From Actinomycetes bacterium (GTDB lineage: Bacteria; Actinomycetota; Acidimicrobiia; Acidimicrobiales; Bog-793), in assembly GCA_021803215.1 (NCBI GenBank), contig JAJZLV010000074.1, forward strand, positions 1-55,212: a DNA stretch of 55,212 bases, read 5' to 3'. A program made the translations under genes and the position numbers. Below are positions 7,835-15,778 of the stretch, one piece after another. The notes beneath the pieces were generated by a model. The model did no database searches, was not told the DNA's origin, and saw only the letters and a list, made by a program, of their open reading frames with translations. How positions within the stretch are numbered: position 1 is the first letter of the stretch; every line of letters begins with the position of its first letter.

Positions 7835-9043
7835 TCAGAGGCGCTCCACGACCATCGCCATGCCCTGGCCGCCGCCGACGCACATGGTCTCGAGCCCGAA
7901 GCGCTTGTTCTCGTGCTCGAGGCCGTTGAGCAGGGTCGTCATGATGCGGGCGCCGGTCATTCCGAAGGGATGGCCGAGGGCGATGGCTCCGCCGTGGACG
8001 TTGAGCTTCTCCCAGGGGATGTCGAGATGGCGGGCGGAGGGGATCACCTGGGCGGCGAAGGCCTCGTTGATCTCGACGAGGCCGATGTTCTCGATGCTCA
8101 AGCTGGCCCGCTTGAGGGCCTGGCGGCTCGCCTCGATCGGCCCGAGCCCCATGATCTCGGGGTTGAGGGCGGAGACTCCCGAGGAGACGATCCTTGCCAG
8201 CGGCTCGAGGCCGAGCTGGCTCGCCCGCGTCTCGCTCATGACGAGGACGGCGGCTGCCCCGTCGTTGAGGGGGCAGGCGTTGCCGGCCGTCACCTTGCCG
8301 TCGGGCCGGAAGGCCGGCTTCAGCTTGGCGAGGCCGTCCAGGTTGGTGTCGGGGCGCGGCCCGTCGTCGCGGGAGACCACCGTGCCGTCGTAGAGGGTCA
8401 CCGGCGTGATCTCACGCTCGAAAAAGCCGTTCTCGACGTGCTCGACCGCCAGGTTCTGAGAGCGGCAGGCGAATTCGTCCATCTCCTCGCGAGAGACGTT
8501 CTCGTACTCGGCGACGTTCTCTGCGGTCTGGCCCATGGCGATGTAGATGTCGGGCAGCCCCTCCGGCGGCTGCCAGGAAGGCTGTCCGCCTTCGGCTCGC
8601 TTGGCCGAGCGGGCCTCCGCCTCGGCGAACAGGGCGTTGTGGGTCTCTGGCACCCCGTCGGAGCTGCCCTTCATGAACCGGCTGGTGGTCTCGACTCCGG
8701 CCGCGATGAAGACGTCGCCCTCGCCGGCCTTGATGGCGTGGGCGGCCATGCGGATGGTCTGGAGTGAGGAGGAGCAGTAGCGGTTGACGGTCACGCCCGG
8801 AACGTCGTCCAGGCCGGCCAGGACGGCGACGACGCGGGCGACGTTGAAGCCCGCCTCTCCGGCTGGCTGGCCACAGCCCATGAGGAGGTCCTCCACCTCG
8901 CCCGGGTCGAGCTGCGGCACCTTTGCCATGAGCGCCTGCACGATCTGGGCGGCGAGGTCGTCGGGCCGCATCTCCACGAGCGAGCCCTTGAAGGCCCGGC
9001 CGATCGGGCTGCGGGCGGTGGCAACGATCACGGCTTCTGGCAT
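7835..9043 (-). CDS. acetyl-CoA C-acetyltransferase / thiolase
   Basis: Thiolase motifs are present: N-terminal VIVATARSPIGRAFKGSL, active-site NRYCSSSLQ, and the C-terminal signatures NVHGGAIALGHPFGMTGARI and CVGGGQGMAMVVE. Confidence 0.92.
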   Translation of the reverse strand: MPEAVIVATARSPIGRAFKGSLVEMRPDDLAAQIVQALMAKVPQLDPGEVEDLLMGCGQPAGEAGFNVARVVAVLAGLDDVPGVTVNRYCSSSLQTIRMAAHAIKAGEGDVFIAAGVETTSRFMKGSSDGVPETHNALFAEAEARSAKRAEGGQPSWQPPEGLPDIYIAMGQTAENVAEYENVSREEMDEFACRSQNLAVEHVENGFFEREITPVTLYDGTVVSRDDGPRPDTNLDGLAKLKPAFRPDGKVTAGNACPLNDGAAAVLVMSETRASQLGLEPLARIVSSGVSALNPEIMGLGPIEASRQALKRASLSIENIGLVEINEAFAAQVIPSARHLDIPWEKLNVHGGAIALGHPFGMTGARIMTTLLNGLEHENKRFGLETMCVGGGQGMAMVVERL

Positions 9044-9069
9044 GGCGCGATCTTAAGAAGACCTCGAGG

Positions 9070-9545
9070 CCCTTTACCACTTGGCCGGACGCGGCGAGGC
9101 CCCGGGTAGCCGGTCGGCAGATGCCTCCGTACTCCCCGGGGCCTACACCCTGGCGACTCGAGCCCCCCAACGCTTCCCGGCGCCTTGCGGCCACCGAGTC
9201 ACCCGACTCTGCTCTCCGCCCCTTGCGGGTCGGCCTCGCTTCGTCCCGGAAACCGGTCCTGGGGGGACCGGCCCCGGCGTGGAGCCTCATCACCTACCGC
9301 GGCAGGCAACGGTGCCGACGCTTCGTACCGGCGATCACCTCGCGGCTCTCGCCTTCCTCGGCGCTGCCCCGGCCTCCCGGCTCGCCTCGCGGCTCCCCGT
9401 TGCTCCGGTGCCGCTTCCGGTTTCCCGGTTCCCCTTGCGGTTCACCGTTCCCCCGGTCGCCTTCACCGCCCCCTCCCGGCTCGCCTTGCGGCTCGCCTTC
9501 TTGGAACGGCACTCAGCACCACCTGCTTTGGTGAGTGCATCCTCC
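9070..9545 (-). ncRNA. candidate large structured RNA or structured 5' leader of the thiolase gene (unclassified)
   Basis: The gap has no credible ORF. On the minus strand there are six CCGCRAGG hairpins with GCAA/GCGA tetraloops, at forward coordinates 9179-9192, 9216-9233, 9330-9353, 9379-9398, 9427-9446 and 9478-9497. Four of them have symmetric purine-purine (GA-type) internal mismatches between two short helices; in 9427-9446 there are three mismatches rather than a GA/GA pair. An example is GGC-GA-GCC-GCAA-GGC-GA-GCC. There is also a CCGG-GAAA-CCGG hairpin (9417-9428) and a long bulged hairpin at about 9088-9145. The strand is inferred because the loops are GNRA only in minus sense. Confidence 0.3.
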
Positions 9546-9666
9546 GCCTGTCAGGGCCCGGGCGCAATGGCAAACTCGGAAATACCCGGGTTATCGACAG
9601 GAAGCTCTCTCTTTCCCCCGTTGATCCCCAGGGCTGTCCACAAATTGATCCCCAGAGAGCCCTGCC

Positions 9667-10356
9667 CTAGCCTCCGAGCGACCCGAAGGCGGGCCCGTCC
9701 AGCCGGTCGATCGTGGTGAACTCGGCCACCTGCTTTCTTGAGAGACGCTTCGGCTGGCGCACGGGGACCCCGAGAGCGAGGAGGCCGGCGAGGGCGAGCT
9801 CGGGCCCGGAGCGCAAGAGCTCCTTCACCCGCCGCTCCTCCCGGCAGATCACCGTCGTCATGACGCCGCCGAGCCCCTCGTCCCTGGCGGCCAGAAGGAC
9901 GTTGTGGCTGAAGGGATAGATCGACCCGCCCCCGACGATGCTCTGGCGGCCCAGGCCGTTGTCGAGCACGGCCAGCGAGGGGAGGTGGGCGAAGAGGACG
10001 AGCATCACGGGCACGCTCGCCAGGTTGTCGGCGAACTGGTTCGGCGCCTCCTTTCTGCGGGCAGCCTCGAGGTCGATCGCCGGTCCCTCCCAGCGCCCTG
10101 TGGCGTCCGGGGCGAAGGGGACGAGTCCGTGGGCGAGGTGGGCGGTGTACTCCCTCCAGGCGACCTGGTAGCACTCGGCCAGGGCGGAGCGGAGCGAGGG
10201 CTCTTTGACCACGACCACCCGCCAGGGCTGGCGGTTTCCGCCGCTCGGCGCGAAGCGGGCGGTCTCGAGGATCCGTTCCAGACGGGCGTCTTCCACTTCT
10301 TCGGTAGAAAAAGACCTGATGGCGGCCGTCGTCCGCATTACCTCTCTCAGCTCCAT
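9667..10356 (-). CDS. nitroreductase family protein
   Basis: From ATG 10356 the protein reads MELREVMRTTAAIRSFSTEEVEDARLERILETARFAPSGGNRQPWRVVVV.., a classic nitroreductase N-terminus. The longer ORF reaching 11037 is an antisense-type extension. Confidence 0.85.
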   Translation of the reverse strand: MELREVMRTTAAIRSFSTEEVEDARLERILETARFAPSGGNRQPWRVVVVKEPSLRSALAECYQVAWREYTAHLAHGLVPFAPDATGRWEGPAIDLEAARRKEAPNQFADNLASVPVMLVLFAHLPSLAVLDNGLGRQSIVGGGSIYPFSHNVLLAARDEGLGGVMTTVICREERRVKELLRSGPELALAGLLALGVPVRQPKRLSRKQVAEFTTIDRLDGPAFGSLGG

Positions 10357-10361
10357 GGGTC

Positions 10362-10393
10362 GGTTCCTTTCCGTTCGAGAGGCAAAGGTAACC
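10362..10393. promoter_or_regulatory. imperfect inverted repeat in the 48-bp divergent gap between the nitroreductase and ybjQ-like operon
   Basis: GGTTCCTTTCC-gttcgaga-GGCAAAGGTAACC. The arms are complementary except for one indel and one mismatch. Confidence 0.3.
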
Positions 10394-10404
10394 GTGCCCC
10401 GCTG

Positions 10405-11358
10405 GTGGTAGCCTGCCGCACTCGGGAGCGGAAGGAGAGTCCGACGAGCGATCTCGGGAGTGTCGAGTGGGACGGCAAGGGCCTTCCTCCGGCCGCCGCC
10501 GCCCGCATCGCCCGAGGCCCGGGCGCAGCTCCAGCCAGCCTCATGTCCGTGGCAGGGCAGACCGGACTGGAAGGCTTGGGCTTCGAGGTCGTCGGTGAGG
10601 TGATGGGCTGCGTGGTCCAGCACATCGGCTGGACCGGCTGGGGTGGCTGCGGTTACTACCCCGGTGGCGGCGGACCCTTCGGCATGCAGCAGAGCTACGC
10701 CGCCCCGAACGTGATGAGCGGCGCCGGCGGCTTTGCCGGCTTCGCCCCCTACGTCGACGCCCTCTACTCGGGCTACGACAAGGCTCTCGTGCGGATGCTG
10801 ACCGAGTGCCAGGCGCTCGGCGGAGACGGCGTTGTCGGCCTTCGCTTCACTGTGCGCTCGCTCGGGGAGGAGAACCGGGAGTTCCTCTGCTACGGCACGG
10901 CGGTGAGGGCCAAGTCCTCCAGCAGGCCGAAGAACCTCTTCTCGACCGATCTTCCCGGACAGGACCTCGCCAAGCTGCTGCACGGCGGCTGGGCTGCCGT
11001 CGGCTACGTCGTCGGCATCGCCATCGCCATCCGCCACGACGACTGGGCGACCCGCCAGCAGGCCTCCATGATGGGCGGCAACGCCGAGGTATCCGGCTAC
11101 ACCGACCTCGTCAACTTCGTCCGTTCGGACGCCCGCAAGCAGTTCCGCTCGCGGGTGGTCGCCTACGGGGCCGAGGGGTCGATCTCCTCGAACATCGACC
11201 TATCCATCTGGGAGCGCGAGGCCGGCGAGAACCACCGCGACCACGTCGCCCTCGCCACCATGTCGGGGACGGCCATCGCCCGTTTCCACAAGTCCGAGTA
11301 TGCCCAGACCGACAGCTTGAAGATCCTGCCGCTCGGCGGCCCGAGGAGGAGAAGATGA
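10405..11358 (+). CDS. YbjQ/UPF0145 (putative heavy-metal-binding, DUF74) family protein, two tandem domains with a Gly-rich insertion
   Basis: There are two internal YbjQ-like halves (..GFEVVGEVMG..GGDGVVGLRF..CYGTAVRA.. and ..LFSTDLPGQDL..GAEGSIS..MSGTAIARF). The GTG start at 10405 was chosen because the segment GLPPAAAARIA..GPGAAP aligns with the N-terminus of the downstream paralog (GIPEDAMRRLAEMRPGAPG). ATG 10543 is the alternative start. Confidence 0.7.
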   Translation: MVACRTRERKESPTSDLGSVEWDGKGLPPAAAARIARGPGAAPASLMSVAGQTGLEGLGFEVVGEVMGCVVQHIGWTGWGGCGYYPGGGGPFGMQQSYAAPNVMSGAGGFAGFAPYVDALYSGYDKALVRMLTECQALGGDGVVGLRFTVRSLGEENREFLCYGTAVRAKSSSRPKNLFSTDLPGQDLAKLLHGGWAAVGYVVGIAIAIRHDDWATRQQASMMGGNAEVSGYTDLVNFVRSDARKQFRSRVVAYGAEGSISSNIDLSIWEREAGENHRDHVALATMSGTAIARFHKSEYAQTDSLKILPLGGPRRRR

Positions 11359-12185
11359 CCGACACCAAGGGCGGGATGCCAGAGAGCCTCGGTATCCCCG
11401 AAGACGCCATGCGCCGCCTGGCAGAGATGCGCCCGGGTGCCCCCGGGGCGCTTTTCACCTCGGACCTGAGCGTCAACGAGTTCCTCCTCGTGCGCGAGGC
11501 CGGCTTCCGCCCGCTCGGCCTGGTGCTCGGCTCCTCGATCTACCACGTCGGGATCCAGGTCGGGCGCTGGAGCCAGAACATGGAGCTCTCGACGCTCTCG
11601 CAGGCGATGTACCACGCGAGAGAGCTGGCCATGAGCCGGATGGAGGCCGAGGCCGATGCTCTCGGAGCCGACGGCATCGTCGGGGTCCGCCTCGAGGTGG
11701 AGTTCAAGGAGTTCGGCAACGACATCGCCGAGTTCATCGCAGTCGGCACCGCCGTGAAGGCGGAGGAACCGGGTGAATGGCGCAACAGCCGGCGCCAACC
11801 CTTCACCTCGGACCTGAGCGGGCAGGACTTCTGGACCCTCATCCAGGCCGGCTACGCCCCACTCAGCATGGTGATGGGCAGCTGCGTGTACCACATCGCC
11901 CATCAAGGGGCCCTGAAGGCGATGGGCAACGTCGGAAAGAACGTCGAGCTGCCGACGTACACCCAGGCGCTCTACGACGCCCGCGAGCTCGCCATGAGCC
12001 GGATGCAGACAGAGGCCGAGGAGTTCTCCGCCGAGGGGATCGTCGGGGTGCAGCTCCTCTCACTCGGGCACCGCTGGGGTGGTCACACGACGGAGTTCTT
12101 CGCCATCGGCACCGCCATCCGCCCGCTTCGGGCCGATCACACCATCTCGAAGCCTCAGCTGGTCCTGCCTCTCACCGACTCCTGA
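11355..12185 (+). CDS. YbjQ/UPF0145 family protein, two tandem domains (paralog of the preceding gene)
   Basis: An internal duplication is visible: FTSDLSVNEF../FTSDLSGQDF.., ARELAMSRMEAEA/ARELAMSRMQTEA, DGIVGVRLEV/EGIVGVQLLS and EFIAVGTAV/EFFAIGTAI. The ATG at 11355 overlaps the upstream stop (ATGA). Confidence 0.8.
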   Translation: MTDTKGGMPESLGIPEDAMRRLAEMRPGAPGALFTSDLSVNEFLLVREAGFRPLGLVLGSSIYHVGIQVGRWSQNMELSTLSQAMYHARELAMSRMEAEADALGADGIVGVRLEVEFKEFGNDIAEFIAVGTAVKAEEPGEWRNSRRQPFTSDLSGQDFWTLIQAGYAPLSMVMGSCVYHIAHQGALKAMGNVGKNVELPTYTQALYDARELAMSRMQTEAEEFSAEGIVGVQLLSLGHRWGGHTTEFFAIGTAIRPLRADHTISKPQLVLPLTDS

Positions 12186-12595
12186 TGAGCCAGAGCGGCG
12201 GCGGCGAGCTCGTCGAGAGCGTGGCGGCAGCGCTCCGAGCCGACACGGCAGACCTCGATGCCTATCACCGGGTGCTCGTCTCGAGCATCGAGGGCCTGCT
12301 GCCGGCCTCGATGGTCGAGGTCGACTACGAGCGCTCCCTCTCCGACCGCCTGGCCGGCCGGCCGGGCCGGGCGAACGCCATCCGCCTCCGCCTCGGCGAG
12401 TCGACTCTCGAGCTCGTCTCCCGGCGCGGGAGCCTCGTGGCCACCGTCGCCAAGGAGGTGAGGGGGGTGACCCTCTCGCGCCAGGAGGTGCCGGTCGCCG
12501 AGTGGGTTCGCCAGCTGGCGACCTACCTCACCAGATCGGCGGAGCAGAGCGCCGAGGCGCGGGCCGCCCTCGGCCGGCTGCTCGGCACGGAGTGA
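12185..12595 (+). CDS. hypothetical protein (136 aa) translationally coupled within the ybjQ-like operon
   Basis: The protein begins MSQSGGGELVESVAAALRADTADLDAYHRVLVSSIEGLLP.. and has high GC3. Its start overlaps the upstream stop (TGATG) and its stop overlaps the next start (GTGA). I recognise no family. Confidence 0.6.
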   Translation: MSQSGGGELVESVAAALRADTADLDAYHRVLVSSIEGLLPASMVEVDYERSLSDRLAGRPGRANAIRLRLGESTLELVSRRGSLVATVAKEVRGVTLSRQEVPVAEWVRQLATYLTRSAEQSAEARAALGRLLGTE

Positions 12596-13266
12596 CCGCC
12601 AGGTACGCCGAGACCGGGAGCAACCGACCCTCTCGCCATCCGGAGCGGGCCGACTACGACGCCGGCACGGTCCATGGCATCTTGGACGCCGGGCTCGTCG
12701 CCCACACCGGGTTCATCGCCGGCGGTCGCCCCCATGTCCTTCCTCTCCTCTATGTGAGAAGGGGCGAGCAGCTCTACCTGCACGGCTCCACCGGGGCCCA
12801 CCTCTTCCGCCTGGCTGCCCGGGCCGAGTCGGTTCCGGTCGTGGTCGAGGTGACCCTTTTCGACGGGCTCGTGCTGGCTCGCTCCTTCTTCGACCACTCT
12901 GTGAACTACCGCTCGGTCGTCGTGGCGGGCGAGGCGGTGCTGGTGCGAGATCCGGCCGTGAAGCTCGAGGTCATGCACGCGCTCGTCGAGCACCTGGTGC
13001 CCGGCCGCGGCCGCGACGCCCGTCCACCGAGCGACGACGAGCTCCGCCAGACCGGCGTGGTGGAGCTGGCGCTCGAGGAGGTGAGCGCCAAAGTCCGCCG
13101 GGGCGACCCGGTCGACGAGCCGGAGGACCTCGACCGCCCCTGCTGGGCGGGCACCGTGCCGCTCGAGGTCCGCTGGGGCGTGCCCCGGCCGGCCGGCGAC
13201 CAGCTTTCCGGCATCGAGCTGCCCGACTACCTGCGAGAGCTCGGCGGGCCGGCCGGCTCTTTGTAG
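12592..13266 (+). CDS. pyridoxamine 5'-phosphate oxidase-like (PNPOx/FMN-binding split-barrel) family protein
   Basis: The segment ..GILDAGLVAHTGFIAGGRPHVLPLLYVRRGEQLYLHGSTGA..SVNYRSVVVAGEA.. matches the Pyridox_ox_2-type pattern. The GTG start is at 12592. Confidence 0.75.
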   Translation: MTARYAETGSNRPSRHPERADYDAGTVHGILDAGLVAHTGFIAGGRPHVLPLLYVRRGEQLYLHGSTGAHLFRLAARAESVPVVVEVTLFDGLVLARSFFDHSVNYRSVVVAGEAVLVRDPAVKLEVMHALVEHLVPGRGRDARPPSDDELRQTGVVELALEEVSAKVRRGDPVDEPEDLDRPCWAGTVPLEVRWGVPRPAGDQLSGIELPDYLRELGGPAGSL

Positions 13267-13281
13267 AGGAGGAAGCCGAGC

Positions 13282-14262
13282 ATGCGATACGTCGTCTTCG
13301 GCGCCGGAGCGATCGGCGGCAGCCTCGGGGGAAAGCTGGCAGCCGCCGGCAAGGAGGTGGCTCTCATAGCGCGGGGCGCCCATCTCGAGGCACTGCGAGG
13401 GGGCGGGCTCGAGCTGGCTGACCCGGCGGGGAGCGAACGTTACGAGCTGCCGGCCTTCTCCTCCCCGGCTGAGGCAGGGCTGGGCGAGGGTGACCTCGTT
13501 GTCCTGGCGGTGAAGAGCCAGCAGACCAGAGAGGCCCTCGAGTCGCTGGCGCTCGCCCTCGGGCCTCTCGTCGACCAGGTGCCGGTCGTCTGTGCCCAGA
13601 ACGGCGTCGCCAACGAGATGATGGCGCTCCGCCTCTTCCCCGACGTCTACGGCATGCGGGTCGTGGTGGTGGCCAGCCATCTCGAGCCTGGTCTGGTCGA
13701 GCTGGCGACCTCGCCGGTCTTCGGCCTTCTCGACGTCGGCCGTGCCCCGCGGGGGAGCGACGCCACCGCCGAGAGGGTTGCGGCCGATCTCACAGAGGCC
13801 GGCTTCGATGCCCGGGCGAGCGAGGAGGTCATGTCGCTCAAGTACCTGAAGCTGCTCGGAAATCTGGCCAACGCCCTCGAGGCCGCCTGCGGGCCGGGAC
13901 TCGGAGAGGGGCCCGTCCAACGGCTCTTGGAGCGGGCACGAGCCGAGGCCCTCGAGGTCTATCGGGCGGCCGGCATCGTCCCGGCCGACGAGGAGGCCGA
14001 CAAGGAGAGGAGGCGCCGGCTCGGCCCGCTGCGGCCGCCCGGCGGGGGCCCGAGGGGCGGCGGGTCGAGCTGGCAGAGCCTCGCCCGTCGCACTGGAGAG
14101 ATCGAGACCGACTATCTGAACGGCGAGATCGTCCTCTTGGGGCGAGTCCACTCGATCGCCACGCCGGTGAACTCGCTCTTGCAACAAGTGGCGCGGGAGC
14201 TGGCGGCCGGCCGTCGCCCGCCCGGCTCCCTCTCGCCCGCGGAGCTGTCGGCCCGGCTCTAG
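13282..14262 (+). CDS. panE: 2-dehydropantoate 2-reductase (ApbA/PanE family)
   Basis: The N-terminal Rossmann fold reads MRYVVFGAGAIGGSLGGKLAAAG. The length and C-terminal domain fit ApbA/PanE. A GAGGAGGA RBS lies upstream. Confidence 0.8.
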   Translation: MRYVVFGAGAIGGSLGGKLAAAGKEVALIARGAHLEALRGGGLELADPAGSERYELPAFSSPAEAGLGEGDLVVLAVKSQQTREALESLALALGPLVDQVPVVCAQNGVANEMMALRLFPDVYGMRVVVVASHLEPGLVELATSPVFGLLDVGRAPRGSDATAERVAADLTEAGFDARASEEVMSLKYLKLLGNLANALEAACGPGLGEGPVQRLLERARAEALEVYRAAGIVPADEEADKERRRRLGPLRPPGGGPRGGGSSWQSLARRTGEIETDYLNGEIVLLGRVHSIATPVNSLLQQVARELAAGRRPPGSLSPAELSARL

Positions 14263-15447
14263 CTAGGCTCGCGAGAGGAGCGACACGAGGCGCTGACGGG
14301 CCGCGGAGGGGCTGACCTTTTCAACCACGACCCGCTCCGAAGCAGTCCAGCGGGCGGCTTCCCTGAGGGCCTGTGCCACCGCCCTCACAGCTTTCGCCTC
14401 CGGCAGGTCCGGCTCGAGCCGGACGCTTCTCGCCACGAGGGCGCCGTCTGCCCGCGCCGGGTCCACCCGGGCGACGAGGCGATCGGCGGCCAGGACGGGC
14501 ATCGAGTAGTAGCCGTCCAGACGCTTGTGGCGGGGCACGTAGGCCTCGAGGCGGTGGCGGAATCCGAAGACCCGCTCGAGGCGCTGTCTGTCGCACACGA
14601 GGGAGTCGAAAGGAGACAACAAGCGCGCTCGCACCCTGGCTCGGCCGGCCACGCCCGGCAGCTCGAGGGCTCCGGGCGCCAGGTAGGCGGCCCCTGGCCA
14701 GCCCTGCACCGAGACCCGCTCGGCCCCGAGGCCGGCCAGGGCCCGAGCCGCCTCGGCCTGTTTGACGCCTATGTAGCCGGCGACGTCTTGCGCGGTCGCC
14801 ACCCCTAGAGCCCCGAGCGCCCGCTGGGCGAGGTGGGCGAGGGCGGCCTCCTCGTCTTCGACCGGCTCGAGCAAGCCGGACGGGATGGCCCGCTCGGGGA
14901 GGTCGTAGACGCGTTGGAAGTTGCGCCGGGAGGTGCAGACGACCTCCCCGACGTCGAGCAGCCACTCGGCGGCGATCTTGGTCTCCGACCAGTCCCACCA
15001 CGGCCCACCCCTTTTCGCCCCGCCGAGCTCCTTTGCTGTCAGAGGACCCCGCTCGCGCAGCTGGGCGAGAACCACCTTGCAGCTGGTCTCGAGGTCGGCG
15101 GCCTGGTGCCAGCGGTAGCCCCGGGCGCGGATGCGCCCTCGCTTGAACTCGAAGTAGGGCCACTCCTCGATCGGCAGGATGCAGGCGGCGTGGTACCAGT
15201 ACTCGAAGGCGGAGTAGGGCGGACCGGCCCAGTAGGCGGCCTCGACCCGCTCTCGGCTGACGGCTCCGAGGCGGGCGAGCGCCACGAGCTCGTGCGCCCG
15301 GGCCAAGACAGAGATCGTGTCGATCTGCACGCCCCGGGTGATCTCGAGCACCGACGCCGGGCCGCCGGCCGGGCGCCGACCGAGGAGCCCCTGGCTCGCC
15401 AGCTGGGCTCGACGGGCCTCTTGCGAAGAGATCTGCTCGGCGCCCAC
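14263..15447 (-). CDS. winged-helix DNA-binding domain protein, YcaQ/AlkZ-like (DUF1006) family
   Basis: Motifs include ..EYWYHAACILPIEEWPYF.., RNFQRVYDLPERAIP and DGYYSMPVL. The start is set at GTG 15447, though the ORF is open up to 15639. The stop abuts the convergent panE stop with zero gap. Confidence 0.75.
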   Translation of the reverse strand: MGAEQISSQEARRAQLASQGLLGRRPAGGPASVLEITRGVQIDTISVLARAHELVALARLGAVSRERVEAAYWAGPPYSAFEYWYHAACILPIEEWPYFEFKRGRIRARGYRWHQAADLETSCKVVLAQLRERGPLTAKELGGAKRGGPWWDWSETKIAAEWLLDVGEVVCTSRRNFQRVYDLPERAIPSGLLEPVEDEEAALAHLAQRALGALGVATAQDVAGYIGVKQAEAARALAGLGAERVSVQGWPGAAYLAPGALELPGVAGRARVRARLLSPFDSLVCDRQRLERVFGFRHRLEAYVPRHKRLDGYYSMPVLAADRLVARVDPARADGALVARSVRLEPDLPEAKAVRAVAQALREAARWTASERVVVEKVSPSAARQRLVSLLSRA

Positions 15448-15778
15448 CGCCCAGATCCTGCCACCGGGCGCTGGTGGCTCCGAACTCTTCCTCGAAGCTC
15501 CTGCCCGGCTGCAGTCGGGGCTCTCCGGCCGGTGATCGCCCCCAGGTGGGTGGATGGCCCACCAGCCGGGAGGCGAGCGGTGATCCACCGGCTGGCAAAG
15601 GCGGCACCTCTGGCGCCGGCGGGCGACTCGAGCCGCCATCCGGCCCTGCGGGCGACGGTCGGCGGGTCGAGCCAGCGGCGGTCGGGCCGCAAAGCCGCCC
15701 GCCAGCTGCCGAGAGGCGGACAGCGCCCGATAGCTCGTCCTGGCGAGCAGCTCGCAAGCCGTGCGGCCCGGTTAGCCT

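Noticed and set aside
9294-9512. 72-aa minus ORF with a collagen-like GEPQGEPGG.. repeat; also 9081..9719 + and the other ORFs in the gap
   Set aside because: There is no strict G-x-y periodicity, and the ORF is short and basic. The apparent amino-acid repeat is just the translation of the repeated CCGCRAGG hairpin modules, so an RNA-level explanation is preferred.
9044-9666. Identification of the structured gap as RNase P RNA, tmRNA, SRP RNA, a cobalamin riboswitch or a group II intron
   Set aside because: The expected signatures are absent:
- RNase P P4 (GAGGAAAGUCCGG / ACAGAACCCGGCUUA)
- tmRNA GGGG..UUCGAC 5' end, tag ORF and ..CCACCA 3' end
- SRP GGAAGCAGCC
- B12 box with GCCACUG
- intron 5' GUGYG, domain V AGC-bulge helix and an RT ORF
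This was judged by eye only, so a covariance-model scan is still needed.
9667-11037. Using the full-length track ORFs as gene models (for example 9667..11037, 9904..11358, 10806..12185, 11777..12595, 12079..13266, 23787..25379, 30944..31681, 31612..32895, 31636..33888, 33926..35104, 4853..6805)
   Set aside because: The N-terminal extensions overlap neighbouring, better-supported genes and have non-protein-like composition. Internal starts give canonical family N-termini and produce ATGA, GTGA or TGATG stop-start overlaps with the upstream cistron, so the models were trimmed.
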